DNA of 64,000 nucleotides, from assembly GCA_963733295.1 (NCBI GenBank), contig CAVTCS010000003.1, forward strand, positions 896,001 through 960,000, read 5' to 3'. The stretch's first letter is position 1. Each line of letters starts with the position of its first letter. Position numbers and translations under genes: made by a program. Source of the stretch: Vulcanimicrobiota bacterium (GTDB lineage: Bacteria > Vulcanimicrobiota > Vulcanimicrobiia > Vulcanimicrobiales > Vulcanimicrobiaceae). The notes under the pieces were generated by a model, which was not told where the DNA came from, made no database searches, and saw nothing but the letters and a program-made list of their open reading frames with translations. Shown here piece by piece: positions 17,203 to 27,282 of the stretch.

Positions 17203-19584
17203 GTGAGCGTGAATTCCCGGCTGACCGACGAGCGCAGCCTCGAGGTGCTCGACTTCGGCGCAATTCGCGCGCTCGTGGCGCGTCACACGATGAGCGAAAG
17301 GGGCGCCCGGCGCGCGCGCGAGTTGAGCCCGACGACCGACCTGTTCGTCGTGCGCGCCGAACAAGCCGCCACGCGCGAAATGCGCGCGATCGCGAGCGAC
17401 GCGGCGTTCGCGCTGCCGCGCACCGCTGAGGTCGGCCCTTCGCTCGCGCGCGCCGAACGCGGCAGTCCGCTCGGTGCAGAAGAGCTCCGCGAGATCGGAA
17501 TTGCGCTCGCCGCTGCGGATGCGGCGGTGCGACGCGTGCGCGGCGCCCACGCTCCCGAACTCGTGCGCCGTGCCGCGGCCGCGAGGCCGTTGCTCGAAAT
17601 CGCGGCGGCGATCGATCGCGCCGTCGGCGAGCGCGGCGAAGTGCTCGATCGTGCTTCGCCGGCGCTGGCGCGTCTGCGCCGGAACGCGACGCTCGCGCAG
17701 GACGAAGCGCGCGATCGTTGCCAGGCGATTTTGCGTGCACCTCGTTTCGCGAAGGCGATTCAGGAATCGATCGTCACGACCCGCGAAGGACGTTTCGTCA
17801 TCCCGGTCAAGGTCGAATTTGCGGGCGCCGTTCCCGGCGTGGTGCACGATACCTCGTCGAGCGGGCACACGCTCTTCGTCGAGCCGCTCGACGCGCTCGA
17901 CGTCAACAACCGGTTGCGAACCCTGCGCATCGAGGAGGAGCGCGAGGTCGCGCGGATCCTGGCCGAACTTTCGGCGCTGGTCGGGCGGCACGCGCAGCAG
18001 GCTGAAACCAACCTCGAGATTCTGGCCGACATCGATCTGGTCTTAGCGCGGGCGCGCGTCGCCGAAGAGATGAAGGCCGTTTCACCGCGCGTGCTCGACG
18101 CGGCGCGAATCGAGCTACGGGACGGCCGCCATCCGCTGCTCGGCGAGCGGGCGGTCCCGCAATCGCTCGTCTTGGACGACGAGACGCACTTTATCGTGAT
18201 CAGCGGACCGAACATGGGCGGGAAAACGGTGGCGCTCAAGATGCTCGGTCTGTTCGTCGCGATGACCTACTGTGGGCTGCAGATTCCGGCCGGCGAGGGC
18301 GCCGCGATCGGCGGCTTCGAAGATTTAGGTTGCGACATCGGCGACGAACAGTCGATCGTCGAAAACGCTTCCACGTTCTCCGCGCACTTGCGGCGAATGC
18401 GTGCGATCGTCGAACGGGCCGGCCCGCGTTCGCTCGTGCTGGTCGATGAAATCGCGGGCGGCACGGAGCCGGCAGCCGGCGCCGCGCTTGCGATCGCGCT
18501 CCTCGAGAATCTCTTGGCGAGCGGAGCGCACGGAGTCGTCACGACGCACGCGACCGAGATCAAGCTGTTCGCGCATGCGACGCCCGGCATTCGCAACGCG
18601 AGCGTGCGCTTCGATCCGCAAACCTACGCGCCGACCTACGAGCTGGATCTCGGAACGCCCGGGCAGTCGCTGGCGTTTCCGCTGGCGCGCTCGCTCGGCC
18701 TCGACCCGTCGCTGGTCGAACGCGCCGAACAGTTGCTCGAACAAAACGAACGCGACTACGATAAGGCTCTGAGCGAACTGGTCGAGATCCGCTCGCAAGC
18801 CGCGACCGAACGCGACGCCGTGCGCGCCGAGCGCTCGCGCTTAGCCGGACTCGAAGCCGCGGCGCGGGAGCGGAACGATGCGCTCGAACGAGAGCGGCGC
18901 AGCCTGGCGAGTCAAGCGGAAACGCGTCTCTCGCGCGCCTTGCGGGAATTTTCCGCGGAGCTCGAGCGCCGTCACGAGGGCCGTCCCGGGCGCGCGCGCA
19001 TCACCCCCGGACAGGCGACGTTGCTCGAGCGCGTCCTGAACGAAGTCCATTCCGATCTCGGCCTGAGCCCGCTGCGAATCGAAGAGACGGTTCCGGCCGC
19101 GCCCGCTTCCAAGCGCGCCATCGCGGTCGGCGACGCGGTGTTCGTGCCCTCGCTCGGAACCGACGGCAACGTCGTCGACGACTACGGCGACAACGTGTTG
19201 ATCGCGGTCGGCGCGATGAAAACGGTCGTACCAAAAGCGCAGGTCCGGCCGCGCGAAGCGCCGGAAACCTCCCCGCGCGGAAGCGCACCGGCGCGCGCCG
19301 CTTCGCGCGTCGGAGCGAACTCGCTCGACGCCGCGGCACGAACGCAAAGCGAGTTCGACGTGCGCGGCCGGCGCTTCGTCGAGGCCGAGCCGCTCGTCGA
19401 GAAGTGGATCGATGCCGCCGCGCTGGCCGGGCTCTCGCCCCTGCGCCTGATTCACGGCAAGGGTACGGGATTGCTCGGACGCGGCTTGCAGGAGGCGTTG
19501 GCGAAAAACGCCGCGGTGCGTGCGTACCGGTACGGTAACGCGGACGAGGGCGGCGGCGGCGTCACCGTGATCGAACTGAAATGA
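17203..19584 (+). CDS. mutS2: MutS2 endonuclease with Smr domain
   Basis: Walker A GPNMGGKT, DIGDEQSI....STFS.H, C-terminal IHGKGTG Smr motif. Confidence 0.93.
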   Translation: MSVNSRLTDERSLEVLDFGAIRALVARHTMSERGARRARELSPTTDLFVVRAEQAATREMRAIASDAAFALPRTAEVGPSLARAERGSPLGAEELREIGIALAAADAAVRRVRGAHAPELVRRAAAARPLLEIAAAIDRAVGERGEVLDRASPALARLRRNATLAQDEARDRCQAILRAPRFAKAIQESIVTTREGRFVIPVKVEFAGAVPGVVHDTSSSGHTLFVEPLDALDVNNRLRTLRIEEEREVARILAELSALVGRHAQQAETNLEILADIDLVLARARVAEEMKAVSPRVLDAARIELRDGRHPLLGERAVPQSLVLDDETHFIVISGPNMGGKTVALKMLGLFVAMTYCGLQIPAGEGAAIGGFEDLGCDIGDEQSIVENASTFSAHLRRMRAIVERAGPRSLVLVDEIAGGTEPAAGAALAIALLENLLASGAHGVVTTHATEIKLFAHATPGIRNASVRFDPQTYAPTYELDLGTPGQSLAFPLARSLGLDPSLVERAEQLLEQNERDYDKALSELVEIRSQAATERDAVRAERSRLAGLEAAARERNDALERERRSLASQAETRLSRALREFSAELERRHEGRPGRARITPGQATLLERVLNEVHSDLGLSPLRIEETVPAAPASKRAIAVGDAVFVPSLGTDGNVVDDYGDNVLIAVGAMKTVVPKAQVRPREAPETSPRGSAPARAASRVGANSLDAAARTQSEFDVRGRRFVEAEPLVEKWIDAAALAGLSPLRLIHGKGTGLLGRGLQEALAKNAAVRAYRYGNADEGGGGVTVIELK

Positions 19585-20792
19585 CCGTCGCGGCGCGCGA
19601 TCAAGCCGCGATTCTCGTGGAAGGTTGCGACCACGTCGAAACGCGCTCGGAGCTCGAAGCGCGCCTCGCGGCGGCCGAACGCTTGACGGTCAAACTCGGA
19701 ATAGATCCGACCGGAGCGTTCTTGCATCTCGGCCACGCGGTCGTCTTACACAAGATGCAGCAGTTCGTCGAATTCGGGCACCGCGTGATCTTGCTGATCG
19801 GGGACTTCACCGTTCGGATCGGCGACCCGACGGGACGCGACGAGACGCGTCCGCCGCTCAGCGATGAAGCGATCGCGCAAAACATGCGCGACTATCGCGA
19901 ACAGGCCGGCAAGGTGCTCGATCTCGAGCGCATCGAGGTGATGTACAACTCGGCTTGGCTGGCAAAGCTGTCGATGTCCGATCTGATCGGCTTGATGTCG
20001 CGGACGACCGTGGCGCAGATGCTGGCGCGCAACGACTTCGCGCTGCGCTACGCCGAAGGCACGCCGATCGCGCTGCACGAGTTCCTCTACCCTATCGCGC
20101 AAGCCTACGACAGCGTGGCGATGCGCGCCGGCGTCGAACTGGGCGGATCCGATCAGCTCTTCAACCTCTTGGTGGGACGCGCGTACCAAGAGCACGCCGG
20201 TCAAACGAAACAGATCTGCATGACGACTCCGATTCTCGAGGGAACCGACGGAGTGATCCGGATGGGAAAATCTCGCGGAAACTACATCGGATTGACCGAG
20301 CCGGCCCCGGAGCAGTTCGGAAAGTTGATGAGCATCCCGGACGAGATGATCCCGCGCTATGCCGCACTCGCGGCGTTCCGCTCGCAAGCTTCGGTCGATG
20401 CGCTGGTTGCCGGTTTAGCGGCGGGCAACGTTCATCCCATGGCTGCGAAGAAAGAGCTTGCCGAAGAGATCGTATCGCGCTACCATGGCGCGGCCGCCGC
20501 GCGGGCCGCTCGCGAGCGCTTCGAGGCGACCGTGCAGCGCGGCGAGTTGCCGGCAGACATTCCGGAGATGAAAGTCGATGGTGCGCGCAGCTTGGCCGAC
20601 GTGCTGGTCGCGGTCGGATTCGCGCAGAGCAAACGCGAAGCCCAGCGTGCGATCGAGAGCGGCAGCGTCCGGCTCGACGGCGTGCCGGCGCGCGATGCGC
20701 GCCAGGTTTGGAGCGCGAGCGCGCCGGTCATCCTCGCATTCGGAACGCGCCGCTTCGTCCGCATCCTGCCGAACCGTCAAGGAGAAACGTGA
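19581..20792 (+). CDS. tyrS: Tyrosine--tRNA ligase
   Basis: GIDPT...LHLGH, ELGGSDQLFN, RMGKS (KMSKS-like), C-terminal S4-like domain. Confidence 0.97.
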   Translation: MTVAARDQAAILVEGCDHVETRSELEARLAAAERLTVKLGIDPTGAFLHLGHAVVLHKMQQFVEFGHRVILLIGDFTVRIGDPTGRDETRPPLSDEAIAQNMRDYREQAGKVLDLERIEVMYNSAWLAKLSMSDLIGLMSRTTVAQMLARNDFALRYAEGTPIALHEFLYPIAQAYDSVAMRAGVELGGSDQLFNLLVGRAYQEHAGQTKQICMTTPILEGTDGVIRMGKSRGNYIGLTEPAPEQFGKLMSIPDEMIPRYAALAAFRSQASVDALVAGLAAGNVHPMAAKKELAEEIVSRYHGAAAARAARERFEATVQRGELPADIPEMKVDGARSLADVLVAVGFAQSKREAQRAIESGSVRLDGVPARDARQVWSASAPVILAFGTRRFVRILPNRQGET

Positions 20793-21001
20793 GTCGACAT
20801 TCCGACGCGCCTTCGCCGCCCGTCAAGACATACACCCCGCGGCCGCCGATCGCAGGCCCGACGCTAACTTGCCGCCGCTGCGGACGGGTCGATGCGTTTC
20901 CGCAACCCGGCGGACCTCCGGTTCGCTGCGAGTGCGGCTGGTGGTACGTGAACCGCGACGGCCGGATCGAGGAGCACTTCAAGTCGCGGATCGGCGAGTA
21001 A
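20789..21001 (+). CDS. Small putative zinc-binding protein (70 aa)
   Basis: AGGAG SD then GTG overlapping the tyrS TGA; CRRC...CECGWWY. Confidence 0.6.
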   Translation: MSRHSDAPSPPVKTYTPRPPIAGPTLTCRRCGRVDAFPQPGGPPVRCECGWWYVNRDGRIEEHFKSRIGE

Positions 21002-21818
21002 GCTCCTCGCTAAGCTCCCACAGCCGTGCCGCGAGCTGCGGGTCGTCGGCGAGCGGGTTGTTCGGCGCGAGGCGCGAGCGCGCGAAGTAGGCGCCGCTGA
21101 TATTCGAGAGCTCGGGCGCGGTAGCGACGTAGAGCGGGGTTTCCGCGCCGCGTTGCGGACCCTGGGCGAACAGCGTGTACGTCTTCCAGCCGAGCGAAAT
21201 CACGCCGCCGACGTCGGCGATACCGGTGCGCGTGAGACCTGGATGGGCCGCGTTGACCGTGACTCCGGGCTCCAGACGCCGCGCCAGTTCCTTCGTGAAG
21301 AGCAGGTTCGCCAGTTTCGAACGGCCGTAGGTTCCGCGCAGGTCGTAGCGCGCCGTCGACGCGCTCGCGACGACGTCTTTGCCGGCGCGCAAGTGCGAGG
21401 ACGAATTGACGTTGACGATGCGCGCCGGAGCGTTCGCGCGCAGGACGTCGAGGAGCGAGTTCGTCAGCAAAAACGGCGCCAGGTGGTTGACCGCGAAAAC
21501 GAGCTCGACGCCGTCGACCGTCATGACGCGCTTCGCCGAGAACAGGCCGGCGTTGTTGACCAGCAGCGAGAGTCGCGGAAAACGCGTTCGCACCTCGGCC
21601 GCCAAGCGCCGCACCTCGACCTGCGACGACAAGTCGGCTGCGGCGCCCGCAAATCTGCCGGCCGGGAAGCGCTCGCGTAACGCCGCTAGGGCGGACTCCA
21701 TCTTCGAGAGCTCTCGTGCGTGGACGACGACCTCGTAGTCGCGTTCGGCCAAACCGAGTGCGATGAAGAAGCCGATGCCGCGGTTGGCACCCGTTACGAG
21801 CGCCGTTCCCGCGCTCAC
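20979..21818 (-). CDS. Short-chain dehydrogenase/reductase (retinol dehydrogenase-like)
   Basis: TGANRGIG, NNAG, VNHLAPFLLT, YGRSK. Confidence 0.92.
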   Translation of the reverse strand: MSAGTALVTGANRGIGFFIALGLAERDYEVVVHARELSKMESALAALRERFPAGRFAGAAADLSSQVEVRRLAAEVRTRFPRLSLLVNNAGLFSAKRVMTVDGVELVFAVNHLAPFLLTNSLLDVLRANAPARIVNVNSSSHLRAGKDVVASASTARYDLRGTYGRSKLANLLFTKELARRLEPGVTVNAAHPGLTRTGIADVGGVISLGWKTYTLFAQGPQRGAETPLYVATAPELSNISGAYFARSRLAPNNPLADDPQLAARLWELSEELTRRSAT

Positions 21819-22711
21819 CCCGAGCGGGCTTCGAGCCGCGCGATCAGATTCTCGACTTCGGGCAGCGAGAGCACGTAGCGCTTCTTGCAGAACTCGCAGA
21901 TCGCTTCGGCGTGCTGCTGCTCGCTGTGGATCTTACGAAGTTCGTCGAGTCCGAGGGCCAAGAGCGCCGCCTCGACGCGCTGCCGGTTGCAGCGGCAGCG
22001 GAAGACGAGCTCGTGCTCGCCCAAGAAGCGCAGCTCGAGCGGTTCGGCGAGCGTTCGCGCCAGGTCCTCGGGACTTGCGCCCGCGGCGATTTGGGAGGTG
22101 ATCGGTAACATCGCCCGGGCGTTTTGCTCGAGACGGGCGATCGTCCGTTCGTCCGCTCCGGGTTTGACTTGGGCGATCGCGCCCCCGGCGGTTTTGATGC
22201 CTTGAGGGTTTGCCAGAACGCCTAACGCGACGACGCTTGGAATCTGCGCCGACTCGGCCAGATACGCCGCGAGATCTTCGCCGATCTCGCCGCTCCGCAG
22301 TTCGACGATACCGACGTATGGTTGACCGACCTCGAACGAGCGCGTCACCTGAAGCCGCCCCTTCCCGACCGCGGTGCCGACGTCGAACTTCCCATTCGCA
22401 TTGAGCGGGACGTCGACGTCGGGTCGATGCGCGTAACCCCGGGTGAGAATTGCACCCGACGGATCGAGACCAATATCGGCGACGAGGCCGCGCAGCGGGC
22501 CGTCGCTCGCGATCTGGAGGGAAAGACGTTCGCGGCCCTTGAGGCCGGCACCGAGCAGCGCTCCGCCGGTCATCAGGCGGCCGAGCGCGGCGCTCGCGGT
22601 CGGAAACAGGTGATGGCGCGCCTGAGCTTCGCGCACGAGTTCGGTGGAGGTGCCCGCTACGATCGAAAAGCTCCCGTCGGCGGCGCTGGCGCTTACGATC
22701 CGGTCGGGCAT
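21815..22711 (-). CDS. hslO: Redox-regulated chaperone Hsp33
   Basis: PTASAALGR, YLAESAQIPS, C-terminal CRC...CEFC zinc switch; ATG at 22711. Confidence 0.95.
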   Translation of the reverse strand: MPDRIVSASAADGSFSIVAGTSTELVREAQARHHLFPTASAALGRLMTGGALLGAGLKGRERLSLQIASDGPLRGLVADIGLDPSGAILTRGYAHRPDVDVPLNANGKFDVGTAVGKGRLQVTRSFEVGQPYVGIVELRSGEIGEDLAAYLAESAQIPSVVALGVLANPQGIKTAGGAIAQVKPGADERTIARLEQNARAMLPITSQIAAGASPEDLARTLAEPLELRFLGEHELVFRCRCNRQRVEAALLALGLDELRKIHSEQQHAEAICEFCKKRYVLSLPEVENLIARLEARSG

Positions 22712-22762
22712 CGCTGCGCAGTTTCCGAGGGCGAGCGCTTTTCCTCCACGAACGCCGCGCAC

Positions 22763-23197
22763 GTGAACGTACTCGTGATCCACGGGCCTAACTTGAATTT
22801 GCTCGGGACTCGCGAGCCGGCGACGTACGGTACTTTGAGCCTCGAGGAGGTCGACGCCCTGATCGCGCGCGAGGCCGAAACGCTCGGCCTCAAGGTCAGC
22901 TGCGTGCAGTTCAACTCGGAGGGTGCCATCGTGGACGCCCTCCACGCCGCGCGCGGAGAGTATGGGGGAATCGTTATCAATCCCGGCGCGTTTACCCATT
23001 ATGCCTATGCCGTACGTGACGCCATTGCGGCGGTGGGCATTCCCACGGTCGAGGTGCACCTCACCAACACGAGCGCGCGAGAACCCTTCCGGGAAACGAG
23101 CGTCGTGGCGGCCGTTTGCCGAGGCACCATCTCCGGATTCGGAGCCGACTCCTACCGCCTCGCGCTGCGCGCGCTCGCAAATGTGCGCCAAGTGTGA
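22763..23197 (+). CDS. aroQ: Type II 3-dehydroquinate dehydratase
   Basis: HGPNLNLLGTREP..YG, INPGAFTH, EVHLTN...RE.FR. Confidence 0.96.
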   Translation: MNVLVIHGPNLNLLGTREPATYGTLSLEEVDALIAREAETLGLKVSCVQFNSEGAIVDALHAARGEYGGIVINPGAFTHYAYAVRDAIAAVGIPTVEVHLTNTSAREPFRETSVVAAVCRGTISGFGADSYRLALRALANVRQV

Positions 23198-23363
23198 GGC
23201 GCAAACCCGCATGGGCTTTAGATTTTTTAGGCTTTTGGGGGAGGAGGGCCGTGGGCGTCTGCAAATTAGGCCGTTGATGCGGGGTGCGGTTCTTTTCTAG
23301 CACCGCCGCACGAGCGCCGTTGCAGTACGAGTGTCAGCACTCGTTTTGTTTGGAGATTATACT

Positions 23364-23669
23364 TTGACAAAAGCCGAACTAGTCGATGCCTTGGCGGAAG
23401 AGGCGGAGCTCTCGAAGCGCCAAGTCGGTGAACTGGTCGATCTGTTGCTGGACGAAATAAAAAACGCATTGCAGAAGGGCGACAAAGTCCAGCTCATTCC
23501 ATTTGGGAGTTTCGTCGTCCGCGAGCGCAAGCGGCGCGAAGGACGCAACCCGAAGACCGGAGCGAAGCTCGTGATCCCCGCCCGGCGCGTGCCGGCCTTC
23601 AGTGCCGGCAAGGGGTTGCGCGACGCCGTGGGCGGTGCGAAGAAGAAAGCCACCGCGAAGAAGCGCTGA
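23364..23669 (+). CDS. hup: HU-family DNA-binding protein with short Lys-rich tail
   Basis: GGAG SD then TTG; TKAELV, FGSF.V.ER..R.GRNPKTG, PAF.AGK.L. Confidence 0.95.
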   Translation: MTKAELVDALAEEAELSKRQVGELVDLLLDEIKNALQKGDKVQLIPFGSFVVRERKRREGRNPKTGAKLVIPARRVPAFSAGKGLRDAVGGAKKKATAKKR

Positions 23670-23702
23670 CCGGCCGCGCGTGCCCAGAATGCGATCGATG
23701 AG

Positions 23703-23725
23703 AAGCGCCGTCTAGCGGCGCTTTT
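23703..23725 (+). terminator. Intrinsic terminator after hup
   Basis: AAGCGCCG-tctag-CGGCGCTT followed by a T-rich tract. Confidence 0.6.
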
Positions 23726-23850
23726 CGTCTTTCGCGCGACTCCGCGGCATCGCAACGAGCTGCGCGCACGGGCGTCAGCTTGCGCGCACACTCTTTGCCG
23801 TGCTTGCAGAGGTGCGGGCGCAGCCGGACCAAAAGGCTCGGGAGCGGCGT

Positions 23851-23924
23851 CGGGCAGTGGCGCAGCTTGGTAGCGCACCAGACTGGGGGTCTGGGGGTCG
23901 CAGGTTCAAATCCTGTCTGCCCGA
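23851..23924 (+). tRNA. tRNA-Pro (GGG), CCA not encoded
   Basis: Acceptor CGGGCAG/CTGCCCG, D-loop AGCTTGGTAG, anticodon arm CCAGA-CTGGGGG-TCTGG, T-arm GGTTCAAATCC. Confidence 0.95.
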
Positions 23925-23949
23925 TTGATTGGCGCACTCAACGAGCGCG

Positions 23950-23992
23950 AGAAGAAGCCGGCCGGCCCGGGCGCCATGCCGGCTTCTTCTTT
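23950..23992 (+). terminator. Strong hairpin / probable terminator after tRNA-Pro
   Basis: 13-bp inverted repeat AGAAGAAGCCGGC...GCCGGCTTCTTCT followed by TT. Confidence 0.65.
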
Positions 23993-23997
23993 AGTAG

Positions 23998-26878
23998 ATG
24001 AACCGCTCGAAGCGACGCACTCAGAGCAACCGCACATCGCTGCGCCGCAGGTCCGCGGGCACGCGGACCCGGCCCCGGGTTGGGCGAAAGCAGGCGACCG
24101 TGGAAGTTCAGGCCGAGGTTAGGACGCCCGGGCCGCTGCCGACAGGGACGGTCACTTTTCTATTCAGCGATATCGAGGGAAGCACTCAGCGCTGGGAGCG
24201 CGATCGCAGCGCGATGCAGGACGCTGTGCGACGCCACGACGCGCTGGTGCGAACCGCGATCGACGAAAACGGCGGCTTCATCTTCAAAACGATCGGCGAC
24301 GCATTTTGCGCCGTCTTCGCGCGCCCCGAAGATGCGGTCGTTGCGGCCCTTGCGGTGCAGCGCGCGATCTCGCACGAAGACTTCTCTGCGATCGGCGGGA
24401 TCCTCGTGCGCATCGCGCTTCACACCGGAACGAGCGAGGAGCGCGACGGCGACTATTTCGGCCCGACCGTGAACCGCGTGGCGCGCCTTCTCGCGATCGG
24501 CCACGGCGGCCAAGTGCTCGTCTCGGGCGTGACGACCGATCTCATCCAAGGGACTCTTCCGGCGCAGGCCACGCTGCAAGATCTCGGCGCGCACCGACTC
24601 AAGGACCTGACGCTCCCAGAGCAGGTGTACCAGCTGCTCGCGCCCGGTTTGCGGCGCGAGTTTCCAGCGCTCCGTTCGCTCGAGTCGCTGCCGAACAACC
24701 TGCCGCTGCAGCTGACCTCATTCGTCGGCCGCGATCAGGAGGTCGCCGAAATCGAGGCGCTCTTGAGTAAGCATCGCGTCGTGACGCTCGTCGGCTCGGG
24801 TGGCGTCGGCAAGACGCGCGCCTCGCTTCAAGTCGGCGCGAACGTCCTCGATGGTTCGGGCGATGGCGTCTGGTTCGTCGAACTGGCGCCGCTCTCCGAT
24901 TCGGCCTTCGTGCCGAACGCGGTTGCGACGGCGCTCGGAATCGAGCTTCCGCCGGGCGGCGAACCGCTCGCCGCGCTGACGACGGCGTTGAAGACGAAAA
25001 ACCTGGTGCTCATCCTCGACAATTGCGAGCACCTCGTCGCGGCCGCGGCGCGCGTCGCGGACGCGCTCGTACGTGCTTGTCCGAAGGTCGTGATCCTCGC
25101 CTCGAGCCGGCAAGGGCTCGGAATCGCCGGTGAAGCCACGTACCGCATGCCTTCGCTGCAAGTCCCGGAGGGCGGCAGCGCCGCGCGGCTCAGTGCGGCG
25201 GACGCGAAGCGCTTCGACTCGATCGCGCTCTTCGTCGAGCGCGCGCAGGCGGCCGATCCTCACTTTGTCCTGAGCGACGAGAACGCGCCGGCGGTCGCCG
25301 ACATCTGCCGCCGGCTCGACGGAATCGCGTTCGCCGTCGAGCTCGCCGCCGCCAGGGTCCGCATGCTGTCGCCGCAGCAATTGCAGCGGCGGCTCGACGA
25401 ACGTTTTCGCATCCTTACCGGAGGAAGCCGCACCGCGCTGCCACGCCAGCAGACGCTGCGCGCGCTCGTGGACTGGAGCTACGATCTGCTCGACGAACGA
25501 GAGCGGGCGCTCTTCCGGCGCGTCGGAATATTCCTCGACGGTTTCAGCATCGAGGCCGCCGTTGCCGTCTGCGCCGATGCTTCGTTCGATGAGCTTGACG
25601 TGTTCGACGTCCTCGCCTCGCTCGTCGACAAGTCGCTGGTCGTCGCCGAACTGAGCGGCGCGGCCACGCGCTACCGCTTGCTCGAATCGACCCGGGCGTA
25701 TGCTCTTGAAAAGCTCGTCGCGTCGAACGAACGGGATCAACTCGCCGAACGACACTTGGTGTATTTCAGCGAGATGCTCGAGCGGGCACGGGTTGCCTCC
25801 GATGCGCTCGCGATCGATCCCTTTGTAAGCCTGCGGCCCGATCTGGAGAACGTGCGCGCCGCAATCGCAAACTCGATCAACGGCGGAGACGTTCGTCTCG
25901 GCACCGCGGCCGCGATTGTCGCGAACCGCAGTACCTACTTCCCTTCCACGGAATGCCTCGGCTGGCTCGAAAGCCTGCTGCCGCAGCTCGACCCGGGAGA
26001 GGTTGCGCCTCCGGGCGCAGTGCATGGGGATCATCGCTGCCCTATTCGGGCAGTTGGGTCTCAGCGCGCGAAGCGGCGAGATTGCTGAGGAGGCGTTACG
26101 AACGGCACGAGCGTCGGGCGACGATGCGACGGTGTTCGACGCTCTGCTCAGTCAATCGATGCTTTTTCGCCGCGCCGAGTCGCTTGGAAGAAGCGATGGC
26201 GTTGGCCCGGGAGGCGGAGAAACTTTTGCCGAGCGCCGCAACGCCGCTGCGGCGGGTGCGTTTCCTTGAGAGGCGTGGTGTTACGGCGGGGTTGTCGGGC
26301 GATCTCGCTGCCGCCGTGCGCGATTTCGAAGATATGCGAACCTTGTGCCGTTCGCTCGGAAACGAGGAAGAGGCGCGAAAGCGGTTTGCCAATTTCGCGG
26401 AATTCGAACACTTCCGCGGCAACACCAACCGCGCCATTGAAATCGCGCAGGAGACGGTAGCGGTTTTGCGACGCGCCGGCGATAAGGAACGGGTTGGTCA
26501 ATATCTACGCCAACTTGGCGGGATATTTCGTTGCCTCCGACAGGATCGCCGACGGGACGCGCCACGGCCGCGGAAACGCTTCGCACGTGCGTCGATCCCA
26601 ATAGCCTATTCGTCGCTATCGCCCTCGAGCATTCGGCCTTGGCTTTCGCGATCGAAGGCGATCTCGCGCGAGCGGCGAGATTCGCCGGGTTCGCAGAAGC
26701 GGCGTTCGCAAAGAGAGCGTTTCATCGCGAGATTACCGAGCAGAGAACGCACGAGCGGTTGGTCTGTCTGCTCGCAGAAATGCCGGAGGAGGAGCGGGCA
26801 GCCGCATACGCCGAGGGCGCTGCCCTCTCACCCGAAGCGGCGATCGACGAGGCGCTGCCGCTCCTCGCCGCCTCGTAG
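23998..26878 (+). CDS. Class III adenylate/guanylate cyclase - STAND (NB-ARC-like) ATPase - TPR protein; 3' part frameshifted about four times; start uncertain
   Basis: TFLFSDIEGST, KTIGDAF, DYFGPTVNRVAR, Walker A GSGGVGKT, LILDNCEHL, RQQTLRALVDWSY; the TPR-like tail continues across frames to 26878. Confidence 0.85.
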
Positions 26879-27007
26879 CGGGCGCAGATCACCGCGCCTC
26901 GATTCCGAGGTGTGAGCCACGTCTCTAAGACTTCGTTCAAGCTTGGTTAATTACCAGCCGATAACACCGCGCGTCCGCTCAACGGCGCGCGTCCGGGAAA
27001 GAGAAAG

Positions 27008-27217
27008 ATGACGCAGCGCAAGCAAGTCTCCAAAACCGTTCGTTGTGGGTTAACGCGCCGCGAAGTTCGTCTCACGGATGAGTCGACCGCGTTGATTCTC
27101 GACGATGTCGTACGCTTCAATTCGCCGGTGATATCTTGGTGCAACAACATGGACGTGCTTTGCTCCAGCCGCTGCCAGTATCGCGGCGGCACCGTCGACC
27201 CCACGCTCGCAGCCTAG
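27008..27217 (+). CDS. Small Cys-containing hypothetical protein (69 aa)
   Basis: Purine-rich stretch before the ATG; four Cys; fills the gap between the cyclase gene and valS. Confidence 0.45.
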   Translation: MTQRKQVSKTVRCGLTRREVRLTDESTALILDDVVRFNSPVISWCNNMDVLCSSRCQYRGGTVDPTLAA

Positions 27218-27282
27218 AGGTTCTGCCCCAGAGCTACCCGGAGGTAGGGCCCGCTCGCGGCCAACCCTAACTGAGGGCCATC

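Noticed and set aside
23851..27282. Genomic island integrated at tRNA-Pro
   Set aside because: No integrase, and I found no duplicated tRNA 3' end (att site) downstream.
27218..27282. T-box riboswitch upstream of valS (or tyrS)
   Set aside because: The intergenic space is too short and no T-box consensus is visible; tyrS overlaps mutS2.
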